64,000 nt of DNA from Octopus bimaculoides. Its lineage: Eukaryota. The stretch is taken from contig NC_068989.1 in NCBI RefSeq assembly GCF_001194135.2, positions 8,342,797-8,406,796 on the forward strand, in the 5' to 3' direction. Shown in pieces: positions 50,961 to 63,912 of the stretch; the first letter of the stretch is position 1, and each line of letters begins with the position of its first letter. The notes beneath the pieces were generated by a model, which saw only the letters and a program-made list of their open reading frames with translations, searched no databases and was not told where the DNA came from. The position numbers were made by a program, and so were the translations under genes.

Positions 50961-51160
50961 TGTTCAACTTTGTATACATTCATTTCAGTCCCATGTTCTT
51001 TCTTGCTCTTAAGGGCCCCAGTTCCAAACAAGTGACAACAGCTGTCGGGCATGTTGATATCACAAACTCATACGCACAACCCACCCCACTTTCTCACACT
51101 CTCTCTCCCTATTTATAGCCCTCTCCCCGCTCTCTCCTTGTCTCTCGCACACACACACAC

Positions 51161-51198
<38 letters not shown>

Positions 51199-51569
51199 CC
51201 CCCTACGCATACACATACGTTCACGTGCTTACATGTATACAGGTACGTATATTTATGCATTTAATTCTATATATTTTTGTGCATGTGATTAAATTACATA
51301 TGTGTGTGAATGTGTGTATATATATNNNNNNNNNNNNNNNNNNNNNNNNNNNNNNNNNNNNNNNNNNNNNNNNNNNNNNNNNNNNNNNNNNNNNNNNNNN
51401 NNNNNNNNNNNNNNNNNNNNNNNNNNNNNNNNNNNNNNNNNNNNNNNNNNNNNNATATATATATATATATATATATAATCTACATGAATAAGTATTCATG
51501 CATTTAAATTTCCGTTCTTAGGTAGAGTAAAAGAAACATTTACAAGATCTGACAAAACGTTTTTAGAAC

Positions 51570-52130
51570 AATTGCGATTTCGACAAAACCACATATCTTG
51601 AAGTCATCTTGTGTCAGCGAGACGCCTTCTCCTTGACCCTTACTGCCTATTTTCGCGCATAATCTTTATTTCATTTCCTTGTAGAAAACCATAGGATACA
51701 CATTGCTATGATTTCTACTTGTATTGCGTATACTACATTTCTTGTTTCATTTGCTGATATGCTGAAGACTTGGCTGTACTGCCAGGCATATTGTGAAAAC
51801 AATGACATCAATGTTGCAAGTATAGCGTTGAAGTAGAATACCATACAATGCTCTATAGTACAACGCAGTCTAACTGGCTATATTCTCTTACCCAATTATT
51901 CAATAACAGCTTTCCCCGATCAGCATACATCTCTTTTAGATTTAATCTCTCCACTTTCTTTTCTTTCTAAGATGACATCTCCCTGGAAACAATATCCAGC
52001 CTGCACTTGTTCGCGACTTATTTCTGCCTTTGAGATCTTTGCAGACTCTAATAACATCCAATACTTCAGATTAGATTTCAACAGTATATCTCACGCTACT
52101 TTCATTTCCTGGTGTCACTTATAGATAAGA
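51570..52130 (-). mobile_element. Highly decayed R4/Dong-like post-RT fragment
   Basis: Minus-strand remnants RDILLKSNL, KVERLNL..DRGKLL (ADVERLYL..GGRGLL-like) and SYGFLQGNEIK. Confidence 0.45.
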
Positions 52131-52465
52131 ACAGTCATTAAGTAGCAAACACAAAATCCCGCAGACTTAGATAGTGGAGGGCTTTATTAAACGAAACTCC
52201 TCCCATAAGGATGTTTTAGCAGACGGAGTTGTCAGTATTGTACGATGGGGTTGAAAAACCATGCAACCTACGAATGTGTCGCTAAGAGTACTTTTCAAAA
52301 ACCGTACCAAATATTTACCCATTAAATTATATAAGTTAGAAGTAACCACACTCACTCTCTCTTTTACTGTCACTTTTTCTTAATTTCGTTCACATACACA
52401 AACATTCATGCAAAAATATATGGATATATATAATTGCACATACACGTACGTGCGAATATACATAA

Positions 52466-52497
<32 letters not shown>

Positions 52498-52880
52498 AAC
52501 ATAAATATGCAACATATCTATATATGAGTATGTGTGAATGCGCATCAATATATATGTACCACATTAAATATAGTGCTGAAGTAGTGACTGTTAAGGCTAT
52601 AGCAAAATATATTGATTGTACATATTACACAGATAATTAGAGGAAATAACCACCCCAGGTTCTAGGCTAGTCTTGCGATAATAACATAAAGATTGGTGAA
52701 TTATATTATATTCAAGCAGCCTCTAGATTTAAAGTGTTGCTACTCTGTGTATCAGTTAGTTTAAACTTCATAAGAACATATAGACATGCTCGCACATAAG
52801 CACAGACCAAGAACATCAAAACTCACACACGCACAGACACACAGCCAACTGACTGAAACAACTACGAGATATATGTATGC

Positions 52881-52944
<64 letters not shown>

Positions 52945-52983
52945 GTACATACATGCACACATACATATATATAGATAGACATA

Positions 52984-54229
52984 TCAGGTCATTAAGAATG
53001 AAATGCCCGATTTTCTTATGCACCAAATCTGACAGTCGTTAACTCTAATGTTTTATCCTAACAATTCTTTGTTCTACAACACTGAAGAGTTACATCATCA
53101 CTTTTAGAAATGCAGTTTATGGTGTCTGATTTATATTGTGAGTTTTATCTTGTAAATCAATTTTTGTGAACCCATGGATAGATAAAAAGATTCGTGTTTT
53201 TTTATGAACATGAGTTCTGTCATGGAACCAATGCATCCCAGACAGCTCGAAATATAAATAAGATGCTTAATAAAGATGTGGCGAATGAGCGCGCTGTACG
53301 TCAATGGTGTGAGAAGAACCGGCCTGGTGACTTTACTCTTGAAAATCTTCCCCGTGGTAGACTTGAGACCAAGGTGGATAATGATGAGCTGGAAACTGTA
53401 GGAGAAGCGGATACACTTCAAATTACGCGTGAGGTAGAAGCAAGGTTTGATGTTTAGATTCCAAGTGTCTTGGACCATCTCAAGCCATTCGGCGGGGTAA
53501 AGAAACCAGACAGGTCGATAACGCACAAACTGAACGAGCATCAAATAACACGTCGTCTTGAAACTTGCTGTCACAGATTAAACGCGAATCATTTTTGCAT
53601 CGTATTATGTTTAATTAAAAATGGATTCTTTTCAACAATATCAAACTTTCTTCCCGATGGTTGGAGAGAGACGAATTGCCAAAAAGCAATCCAAAGAGAA
53701 TATTCACCAAAAAAATTTAATGGTGTCTGTTTGGTAGTCCAGCGCTGGTGTCATCCACTACAGCTTCATGAGACCCGGTAAGTCAATTACAACGGATGTA
53801 AACATCAGCCAGTTGGATGTAATGATGAGTGAATCTACAATTAAACAACCAAGATTGGTCAACAGAGTGAGGCCAAATATTTTGGAAGACAATGCTTGAC
53901 CACATGTTGCACAAAGAACGCTCCTCAAGTTACAGGAACTGAACTCGGAAATATTCTGTCATAGTCACCAAACCCTACACCAACTGACTATCACGTTTTC
54001 CAGGCATTAGACAACATTTTGCAAGGAAAAAACTTCAAATCTGAAGAAGATGCAAACAGCCTTTCGTGACTCCATTACCACTTGCTCTCCAGAATTCTTC
54101 GCTGCCGGCACAAATAAGCTACCGATACAATGGAAATTTCTGTGCAGAGTTTGATTCACAGCATTGCTTTTTGTTCAAATTAAGTAAATAAACTTTCAGT
54201 TCAAAATTGTACATTTCATTCTTAATGAC

Positions 54230-54233
<4 letters not shown>
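52984..54233 (+). mobile_element. Full-length decayed mariner transposon (mariner-2) with perfect 22-bp TIRs and TA TSD
   Basis: TA|tcaggtcattaagaatgaaatg ... catttcattcttaatgacctga|TA. Transposase remnants FYEHEFCHGTNASQTARNINK..ERAVRQW..PRGRLETKVDNDEL, EDNA*PHVA, PTDYHVFQALDNILQGK; 1250 bp. Confidence 0.95.
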
Positions 54234-54311
<78 letters not shown>

Positions 54312-54391
54312 CATATATATGTCTCAAACGTGGACTGCTGGCGATTTTTCCCTCTTCTTCCTACTTTCATTTTGTACCTTTCTGTTTGTAC

Positions 54392-54425
54392 TGTTCGAAG
54401 AAGAGATATGCTTGAAACGTAAACA
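54392..54425 (+). ncRNA. Degenerate hammerhead-like motif, third family
   Basis: TGTT-C(-)GAAGA-A-GAG-ATATG-CTT-GAAAC-GTA-AACA. Stems I and II and the ACGU palindrome are present, but U4 of the core is missing. Confidence 0.35.
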
Positions 54426-54874
54426 ACCACTCTCTTCATTCTCTGAGCGTCATAATATATTGCTTGTGCTATGTTCTCCCGTTTGTTTGATTTGTGTTTT
54501 GTCTTTTTTCTCTGTTTTTTGAATTGACTACATACACATAAAGATATGTCTCTATTTACATATAAACATGTGCGTGCATGTATACATATATATACATATA
54601 TATATATATATATACATACATACATACATACATACATATACACATAAACATCTACTTATATACACATATGCACCTAAACATCTACATAAATAATCAGTGA
54701 GGAGAGAGGGTGACATATGAAAAAGGGAAACAAAATAATTGTAGAGATGGTTGAAAAGATTAATATAAATTTGACTTGTATTTATTTAATTGGATATTTT
54801 AAAGCGTCACCATACTGGCTATCTTCGATCTATGGTGTGGTATTTATGTTTATATGCACATTGTCTATCTATCT

Positions 54875-54920
<46 letters not shown>

Positions 54921-54945
54921 GCCTGTGTGTGTGAGACTATGTAAG

Positions 54946-54988
<43 letters not shown>

Positions 54989-56514
54989 AAACTTTTATTG
55001 TTCCTTCTTTGTTTCCATATTGATAGAATACGAAAGAATTTGAATCATAATGTTTCAATGAATTCCTTCTGGCTCATCAAGGAGTTATTATTTTTGTGAT
55101 TTATCTTACTCCATCTGTGGTTTATATAGCGTATATCTTTTTTATATTTCTGTTTTCTTATTTCTTAGATCGGGGATTAGATTAGCGTAAAAAAGGAAAT
55201 AAGGGAAAAAAGCAGCAATGAAAGGAAAGACGATTAAACAATAAAAATTTTAAATTAAAATAAAATAACCCTAAAATATTTCACGAATATTTTTCAACAT
55301 TTTCTAATATTTTTATATTTTGTCTCTTTGGAAATTAAAAAAGTTAATCTTGTAAAATTATTGTTGAAGGGAAATAACAAATAAATGTAAGACCATATAT
55401 AAAGAAGAAAATTGTTTTTTCAATAAAGGAAATATATAAATATGAAATTTAACATCAGCAGATTTGAAGTTTTGACAATAGCTGTGAATTAAATCATGAA
55501 ATATTCCTGGCCAAAACATATAATTATAGGGAAACAATCTATAGCGAATAATTAAATTGAATGTTAGGTGTATGGTGAATTGTGAATTAGGAATAAATTA
55601 GATAAATGTATTTAATCTCAAAACAACAAGCACCACGGATAATGATGATGACAGTGATAGCAACGTCAACAGCAACAATAAAATTCATAACGGCATTGTA
55701 CATGATGATGATGATGACGATGATAATGATGACGATGATGATGGTGGCCATGATGCTGATGTTGATGATGATGGTAATAGGTTAATTGTTATATTACATA
55801 TTCTTCCCAGACGCATAATCTATATCTGGTCTACATTTTCATTATCAAGACCAATTTGCATTCCTCCGGCTATAATAATCACACGCTTCCTTCAGTTTTT
55901 TCTTCTTTTTTTCCAATAATAAACTAAGAATATTAAAATTGCAATAATGGTAATTATTATGGTTTTTATTATTGCTTTGGCCTGGCTAAATGGCCACGTA
56001 TCTTAATTGTTTTGAACCATACATTCCCTCTCCGTCAAAACTGTCCTTTCTTTGTCTCTTTTATACAAACCGACACTAGAGCATTAACTCGGACAAAGTT
56101 AGATTGGAAGTAACACTGACGGTGGTATGCTGGAAGTAAATATGCGTCCGATTGTAACTGTTTCTAGGTTACCGTCATCACTACCTAAAGAGCACAACAT
56201 AGGACGGAACCACGCGAATAACTACAAAAGTAAAACTGCTATCACTTGTTCTTTGGCTTCTCTGTACTCATATGCTAGAACGCTATGGAGGTAGTGGTAT
56301 TTCACTGTCACAGATATATCTGATACCTAGATTCCTGCAGCGAAAAGGATCGGAAATTATCGATGATTCGTTGCCAGTGAGCGAAATTGATTTTAGTGAA
56401 TATGGCGTGGACAGAACTATATTTACCTTTCAGGGAGAACATATTTAATTCCAGTAACCTCAAAACTACCTAAAGTAGCATCCAGTCTCACATCGGAATA
56501 ACCTGTTCCTAGAT

Positions 56515-56887
56515 CATGGTTCTCAACCAGGGTTCATATGACTTCTGGGGCATATGTAAGATTTTTAGGGGTTTAAGTAATCAAAATAGTAAATGAACCC
56601 CTGTCCATTAAAAAAAATGTTACATAACATGTATTTATTGCATGAAATAAATAGGTTTCTTTCTGTCACGTCTTACATAGTTCAACATGTTTCCAGTCAC
56701 GGAAATATATCTCGCAGCCACTTCTTTTGAAAACCTATACAAGTGAATGGTGGAAACACAAAATAGGATTTTTCAAAGAAGTATCTATAAAACTAGTTCT
56801 TAAACATCGAAATGCAATGGGGTTCACCAGAGTAAATCTGTAATCAAAAGTCTATCAACAAAAATAAAAATGGGTTGAGATTCCTTG
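56515..56887. mobile_element. Possible hAT-type MITE
   Basis: Imperfect termini catggttctcaacc ... ggttgagattccttg resemble CAGGGGTTCTCAACC-type hAT TIRs; about 370 bp, non-coding. TSD not identified. Confidence 0.4.
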
Positions 56888-56959
56888 TCCAAAATAGAAA
56901 TTACGAGAGGAACTCGTGGACCTTCACTTAGAAGCCGGGCGTACAGCGCCCCAGTTCAC

Positions 56960-57130
56960 CACCTGTGTTATTTGCTTCTTAATAATTGTTGATTCTACAC
57001 TGCGTTCTGGCATTCTTTTCACCAGGTTTATTTTTCCTCGTTTAGTTCCTAGTAACAGACATCATCAGCCATCCCCACGGATGATCCGACCACATAACAG
57101 GTTGTGCTGGATTATCTGCAAATGTTTAAC
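56960..57130 (-). mobile_element. Possible RTE-type LINE C-terminal remnant
   Basis: GRIIRGDG..LLLGTKRGK resembles the GHIIRxDG..LLLG..GKR C-terminal motif of RTE elements; weak. Confidence 0.25.
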
Positions 57131-59133
57131 ATATTGTATTTCTTCCTTTGTTTTATTTTGAACGTCTACATTTCTAGTATACCATCGTTTCTAATTAGTG
57201 TGTAGTTGTCCTTTGTGATTTCTATATCCTGTGCGTAAGTTTTAATGCATATTATAAGATCACATCCATCGAAATAAGATCAATCTGCTCTAAGTTTAGT
57301 ATTAATTGGAATGCTGGGTGTTATATGTCATAATGTAAAGAAATTTTAGTGAATTATGATTGCAAAGATGTCTTGAATGATGCTAGGCGATTTTTCGTTC
57401 AATAAAATTTTTAAATGTAATTTAGGATGCAGTACAGAAATTCCAAATTCTTTTGTGTCCAATTTACAAAGTTCATTTCTATGTGTAAAATGTGTATAAA
57501 CATATAAATTATGTAATTTTCTAGAGAATTTCAAAACGCTTTATTTGGTGGCATTTGAGCGAAAATGTTGTCGAGTTGAAAATATATTTATCGTTATAAG
57601 TGTTTCAGTGTTTGCTTTGTGCAGACGATCGACTCTTCCGTCCTCTGACCACGTTTGAATGTGCTTCTGAGAAATAGCCGCGTTTCCCACGTACACTCCA
57701 CTTGGCAAGCCTTCTCTGCCATAACAGTTCTGTTTTATCTTTCTTTCCATTTTTTTATGGTTGGGCGGCATATTATATTCCGTACTGAATACCTTGAATA
57801 TGTAACTTGTTTCTAAAACGATTAGATAGTATATAATGAAGATGTGGCTCTAATGTTTTGCCGTTCGTAAATGCATCTTCATTTGCTTGATCTTTGGTGG
57901 TTTATTTATTGTTACACAACTTAGCGAGCTGCAGAGAATACGAACATCTCAACGAAAAACAAAGAAACATGTAATTTAATAAGCTTTCAAATAGCTTGAA
58001 GTTGAATTTGTAGAAAGAATTAGGTGAAAATGGTTGATTAAGAAGCAGAGTTCGATTTATATTTGCGACTGTGAATTTGTTCAACAAGTGGAAGTTACAA
58101 TCCTTGATGGAATCAATAAAGCGAGATGTTGCGATAATGTTTGGATGGCTTTTCTTTATCGAACTGTGTGTGTAATTTTGCTTTGTACAACACCTGTACT
58201 TAGGATAATATTGAGTTCCTTTAGCTTCATTCTCCCATTATACAGGGTTCACATTGGTTTTGTGTATGAATGACTACCCACACAAATCAACAAAAAGCAG
58301 AGATATCATACGAACCCAGCGGGAACTAGCTATTCATTGACTGTGTGGAGACCTGGAAAATTACCAGTTTCAGTTTTATAACTGTGTTGCAAGCAAAACG
58401 ACTTTTCTCTATTTCCTGATTTCGATATTTTAGCATTCTAGTATCGATCAGCCAGCCTTCAGTAACACTCACTTGCTATACATGAATAGAATACTGAATA
58501 GAAGTTTGAAAGAAAACCTCTGCCTAATCATTAGACTTCGATCAAGATTTTATCAGATACCTTACAATTCTTTTCGCTCCATCTAAAGACCCAACTGATA
58601 TGCATGTTCTGTATTCTTTGTCCTTAATTCTTCGGCAACAATTTGCATATAATTCACCACGTGACACGTATTTCTAAGAAGGAAAAGATTAATAGTATTT
58701 TTAATTTGTCTTCTGAACATGAAGCTAAATGTAGACAGTGGTGTGAAAACTTGATTTTTCCTAATAGAAATTATTTCAGCAAAATTACATTGATTTAGAA
58801 CACAATAGAATAGCTCAGCCCCGAGATGCATTAAACGATACAAAAGATATGATAGAAACTTGATGGTTTTCTTAAGAATATTGGTTTTCGGAGAGTAATG
58901 CAAAACTATTAGAGGGAATCATAATTCAACGGAGATATGTATTATGGAAGTTTAGCGCAAATATTTAAAATTATATAAACATATTTCCGAAATGAGAGTT
59001 TACTTCAGATTAGGATATTGACAATATGCAGCTGAACTACTTTCCATTCTATCCACTAACCTCTGGCTGTCACTCTCTTTCCCGATACTCCATACAAGCA
59101 TATGCACATATATATACAGGTATAAGCTCACAC

Positions 59134-59208
<75 letters not shown>
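59134..59208. repeat. (ATCT)n microsatellite
   Basis: Direct inspection. Confidence 0.95.
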
Positions 59209-59209
<1 letters not shown>

Positions 59210-59331
59210 CTATACATATAAATATACATACATACACACGCACGCACGTACATAGATATTGACATGACAGAAACGGATAAAACGATAGACGGATTACATG
59301 GAGATATAAACAGATAGATAGATAGATAGAT

Positions 59332-59638
59332 AGGCACACTGTGTGGAGAGAAGCTTGCTTCCCAACTATATGGTCTTGGGTTCAGTCCCACTGTGTGGCA
59401 CCTTGGGCAAGTATCTTCTATATATTCGGGTCGACCAATGATTTGTGAGTAGATTTGATAAACGGACACTGAAAGAAGCCCGTCATATATATATATGTGT
59501 GTGTGTGTGTGTGTATGTGTGTGTGTTTTTGTGTGTGTGTATGTGTATAATTATGCGTGTCTGTTTGTCACCCCGCCCCTTGTGTTTACGTCTCCGTAAA
59601 TTAGCGGTTCGGCAAAAAAACCCGATAGATTAAGTACT
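59332..59638 (+). mobile_element. SINE family B with internal (TA)(TG) tract, 3' end interrupted
   Basis: Head, CORE-like block, microsatellite and 3' body are all present; it stops where the HHR element begins. Confidence 0.9.
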
Positions 59639-59640
59639 AC

Positions 59641-59905
59641 ATTATTTACATTATTTACAATTGACGGATATTTGTCCTCATCTTGTTTGTTGTTAACACA
59701 ATGTTTCGGCTGATATACTCTCCAGCTTTTATCAAGTGTCTTGGGGAAATTTCGAACCTGAGTTCTCATTCTTAAGGTATTTTTCAATGTTCTTATTATT
59801 TAGGTCACTGCCTGGACTCGAACTCGGTATCTTGGGGTTAAGAGCGCGGGCTACTAACCCCAACATTCCGTGTTCCATTCCAGACAGTGACCTGAAAAAT
59901 AATAA
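59641..59905 (-). mobile_element. tRNA-headed hammerhead-bearing element with a 5' fold-back
   Basis: Minus strand: tRNA-like 3' half (AACCCCAAGATACCGAGTTCGAGTCCAGGCAGTGACC), short AAT spacer, then the body homologous to 7089-7220 with a mutated HHR (59695-59740). A 39-bp inverted duplication pairs 59802-59840 with 59855-59893. Confidence 0.8.
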
Positions 59906-60699
59906 TTATGATGAGATGAGAAAGCTAATGGAAAGATGAGAAAGCTAAATAAATGGAAGCAAGCAAAGAATGATAGGTAAATAAAGAAAAGCAATAAAAA
60001 GGTCGGCGTTAAGGGAAAGGATAGACAGAGAAAAGTAGGTTTCGTGTTAATGTAAACTCATAAGCAAAGCAGGAGAGATGATAATATAACTCACATATTC
60101 GGATATGGGGCGGGGGTGCAAGGTACAAAATACTGGCGTTTAAAATTGAAAGTGATCTTCTAGAAGAAAAATACGAACGATGACAGGAGTATTTCCACTT
60201 GAGAGGAGTAGTTCTTTCTTCATTAATGTATCGTACCGAATTAGTGTCTTTTTTAAAATTATCGTTTTATTTCTGTCTATTCTTTTAATTCCTTTACATT
60301 TAGTTTGAAAACAGTGAAATGTTGCTGAATCCGTGATGAACTTTACAAAATCTAAGTTAATCTTAGAATTTTTTAATGTAACATATAGTGTAACATTGTT
60401 ATACTATTTTGTAGTGTAACAATGTTCATGGGATTGATGTTGCTTGAGATCATGTATAGACGGAGAGATATATAGCTTGAGATGTAACAAAATGGAGACA
60501 AAAATATGTATGTATATATGTATATATATGTGTGTGTAAACACAAAACAAAAACAGTGAGTCGTGTGCAATGAATAGGTCGTAGGAAATGCAAAGCAGAT
60601 AAGATTATGTATCAAGTGTACTTTTCTGAAAATAAGATGCAAGGGAAGGAAACAGGAAAATGAATGGTACGTATTTGATGTACGTGCTTCTGCGACACG

Positions 60700-60731
<32 letters not shown>

Positions 60732-62032
60732 NNNNNNNNNNNNNNNNNNNNNNNNNNNNNNNNNNNNNNNNNNNNNNNNNNNNNNNNNNNNNNNNNNNNN
60801 NNNNNNNNNNNNNNNNNNNNNNNNNNNNNNNNNNNNNNNNNNNNNNNNNNNNNNNNNNNNNNNNNNNNNNNNNNNNNNNNNNNNNNNNNNNNNNNNNNNN
60901 NNNNNNNNNNNNNNNNNNNNNNNNNNNNNNNNNNNNNNNNNNNNNNNNNNNNNNNNNNNNNNNNNNNNNNNNNNNNNNNNNNNNNNNNNNNNNNNNNNNN
61001 NNNNNNNNNNNNNNNNNNNNNNNNNNNNNNNNNNNNNNNNNNNNNNNNNNNNNNNNNNNNNNNNNNNNNNNNNNNNNNNNNNNNNNNNNNNNNNNNNNNN
61101 NNNNNNNNNNNNNNNNNNNNNNNNNNNATATATAATGTGTGTATATGTGTGTGTATATATATATGTGTGTGTATATATATATATGTGTATATATATATGT
61201 GTGTGTGTATATATATATAATGTGTATATATATATATATATATAAATACATTATATATATATATATACTTATTGAAAAATGACCTAATAATCAATATTTG
61301 CTGCAATGAAATCAACTCAAAAGATTAACGAGCGAATTATTATTCACAAGAGGAGGGTCTAGAAAACTACCACTTTCACAATCGGATTAACACAAATCCC
61401 CATATAGTTGCTGTTGTAGAAAATAGCACTGGCGAACCAACACCACCTGTACCACCACCACCACCACCAGCAACAATAGCAACAGCCACAGACATAATAA
61501 GAAAATATAATACCGGAAAGGACAACAAATACACTAACTAGACTTGGGAATTATCAGAATTGACAATGTGACATTCTTTTGGTTGTAGCTCTAGCACTAT
61601 GTATGTACGGTAGACATACTAACAGTGAAATTAGATAAATTGCATTCTGGAGACGTCTTTTGTGATGGAATTTGAGAACAGTGTACAAATATGTAGAACG
61701 TATCTGAGAGAAACATGATATTTGTTAGTTTTTGTTAGTTTTTTTTTTATTTTGCTTATCCTACATCTGGCCTTCTGATCGATGCCAACATTAATTCTGA
61801 AAGCAATGTCTCATTTATTGATTAGTTTAACAATACAAATATGTGAGTACTTCTTTAAAGAATGTGTTCGAGACTTCATAGGTATTTCTCTGGTGAATAA
61901 ATATTGCTGAGATGTGCTTAAAGTCTCTCTCTCACTCTCTGTATATATATATATGTACACACACACACATACACACTCACATATATATATATATACACAC
62001 ACACATATATATACACACACACATATATACGC

Positions 62033-62103
62033 ACAGGTGGATTTGTTCGACTAAAGGCGGTGATCCAGCATGGCCGCAGTCAAATGACTGAAACAAGTAA
62101 AAG
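62033..62103 (+). mobile_element. SINE family B 3' terminus
   Basis: gatttgttcgactaaaggcggtgatccagcatggccgcagtcaaatgactgaaacaagtaaaaga. Confidence 0.75.
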
Positions 62104-62193
62104 AACATACGTGCATGTATGTATAAATATACATGCGTGTGTGCGTATTGAAACGGATGTAATGAATGGACACCTATATATGTATGCGTGTGC

Positions 62194-62229
<36 letters not shown>

Positions 62230-62526
62230 TATACAGCAGCTCTTTGTATACAAAACTTAGACGAGGCAGCAAAAGGTAGAAAGATAGAAATACCGCTGAT
62301 TGTAAGTACTGGACGAAAAACAGAACGTTTGTCAGACCATGGTCGTGATGAGCATATATGTTGGTGGTGGTGGTAGTGGTGGTGGTGGTAAAGATGACTT
62401 TGGTAATAGGGAGACGTAGGTGGTGGCGTCTCAAAGGTGACGGCAGTGGTGAGGATGATTATGGTGGAGATGAGGTTGATAAAGATAACGGCTGAGATTA
62501 TGATTGATGATCGAGCTAAAGTACAT

Positions 62527-62593
62527 GGTGATGGTGGTTGTGGTCTGGTGATGGTGGTTGTGGTCTGGTGATGGTGGTTGTGGTCTGGTGATG
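62527..62593. repeat. 20-bp tandem repeat x3 (atggtggttgtggtctggtg)
   Basis: Identical units start at 62531, 62551 and 62571. Confidence 0.9.
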
Positions 62594-62860
62594 ATGAGGG
62601 TAGTGATGGTGATAATGATGATTATCATCATGGTCATGATCATGGTAATGGAGACGGTGTTGCTGGTTGGTCTTACTAGCGTTGGTCAGAAGATGCGTGG
62701 CCAGATGGAGGTAGTGATGCCATTTGGTGAAGCTTGAGAGGATGATGATCCACGTATGTTATATATGTGATGACGCTGGTCAATACGGTGTTGATCTTGG
62801 TGAAGGTGACAGTGGTGGGAGTGATGAAGTTGTTTGCAGAAGAATGTGCCAAAGTAGAAG

Positions 62861-63334
62861 ATGAAGATGAGGAAGAAGGCGGTAGTCGTGATGCTAATGA
62901 TGGTAACCACCGCCCCCGCTTATTCATCTGATTGTGATGATGATGATGATGTCGATGATGAAAACGACGATGTTGATGAAAACGATGATGATGATAACGA
63001 CGATGATGATGACGACGTCGACAACGGTGATGATGATAATGACGACGTCGACAATGATGATGATGATGACGACGAAGATGATGATAACGTCGACAACAGT
63101 GATGATGATGATGACGACGTCGACAACGGTGATGATGATGACGCAGATGATGATGACGTCGACAACGGTGATGATGATGATGACGACGTCGACAACGGTG
63201 ATGATGATGACGAAGATGATGATGACTATCACTATGATGATGATGATGACGACGACGATGAGCACTATGATAAGGGAGAAAAATATATTCAAAGACGTGG
63301 TAGTGGTGTTGTTGAGGCAAAAGTTCGAATTTAG
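62861..63334 (+). other. 157-aa Asp-rich ORF over a (GAT/GAC) minisatellite; coding status unresolved
   Basis: MKMRKKAVVVMLMMVTTAPAYS, then poly-Asp with about 27-bp DDDDDDVDNG repeats, then a basic tail. It lies within a larger trinucleotide low-complexity field (62360-63260). Confidence 0.25.
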
Positions 63335-63865
63335 AATAATGATGAAGTCTAAGCAATAAAGAAAAAAAAAAGACCATTAAAAATAAGCTCTAAGACCATT
63401 AACTGGGTAAATGGTAGAGCTGGTGTTGTAATAGTGCGATATCTGATACGCATTCATAGAAACACACGTACAGAAACTCAGACACAAACGCACATAAAAA
63501 ACAAGTACATAGATACGGCTTTCTAAGATTTCCCGAAGTTAATCGGTCAGTAGGTAATTTACAATACTGGCATCCATTACGTGCAAACCAGTGCCATCTC
63601 GACACATATTGATGTTTTAACGAGGCTCCTTATTGTAGCTTATATTCGAAAATATGGTGAGATGACTGTACAGTTTCTTTATTCATGAACTAGTGCGGAT
63701 ATTTAAAAGCAACAGACTGATCATTTAGTGGTCATAGGTATTCCTCATTATTTGGGGTGTCACATTATTATTGATATATTTTCTAAAAGATTATATGAAC
63801 CTCAACATGTGTATACTTGAGGATCCATTCCTCCATTAATCATAACCTTCTCGCATGAGGTCAAC

Positions 63866-63912
<47 letters not shown>

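Noticed and set aside
59835-59893. tRNA-like sequence
   Set aside because: It lacks the acceptor-stem 5' half and has a mutated B box; it is a SINE head, not a tRNA gene. The same applies to the heads at 34666, 41420 and 42240.
62940-63200. CRISPR-like periodic repeats
   Set aside because: Eukaryotic minisatellite of about 27 bp without unique spacers or cas genes.
62676-63377. His/Arg-rich 233-aa minus-strand ORF (beak His-rich protein idea)
   Set aside because: It is simply the complement of the GAT/GAC repeat and lacks the GHG-type motifs expected for such proteins.
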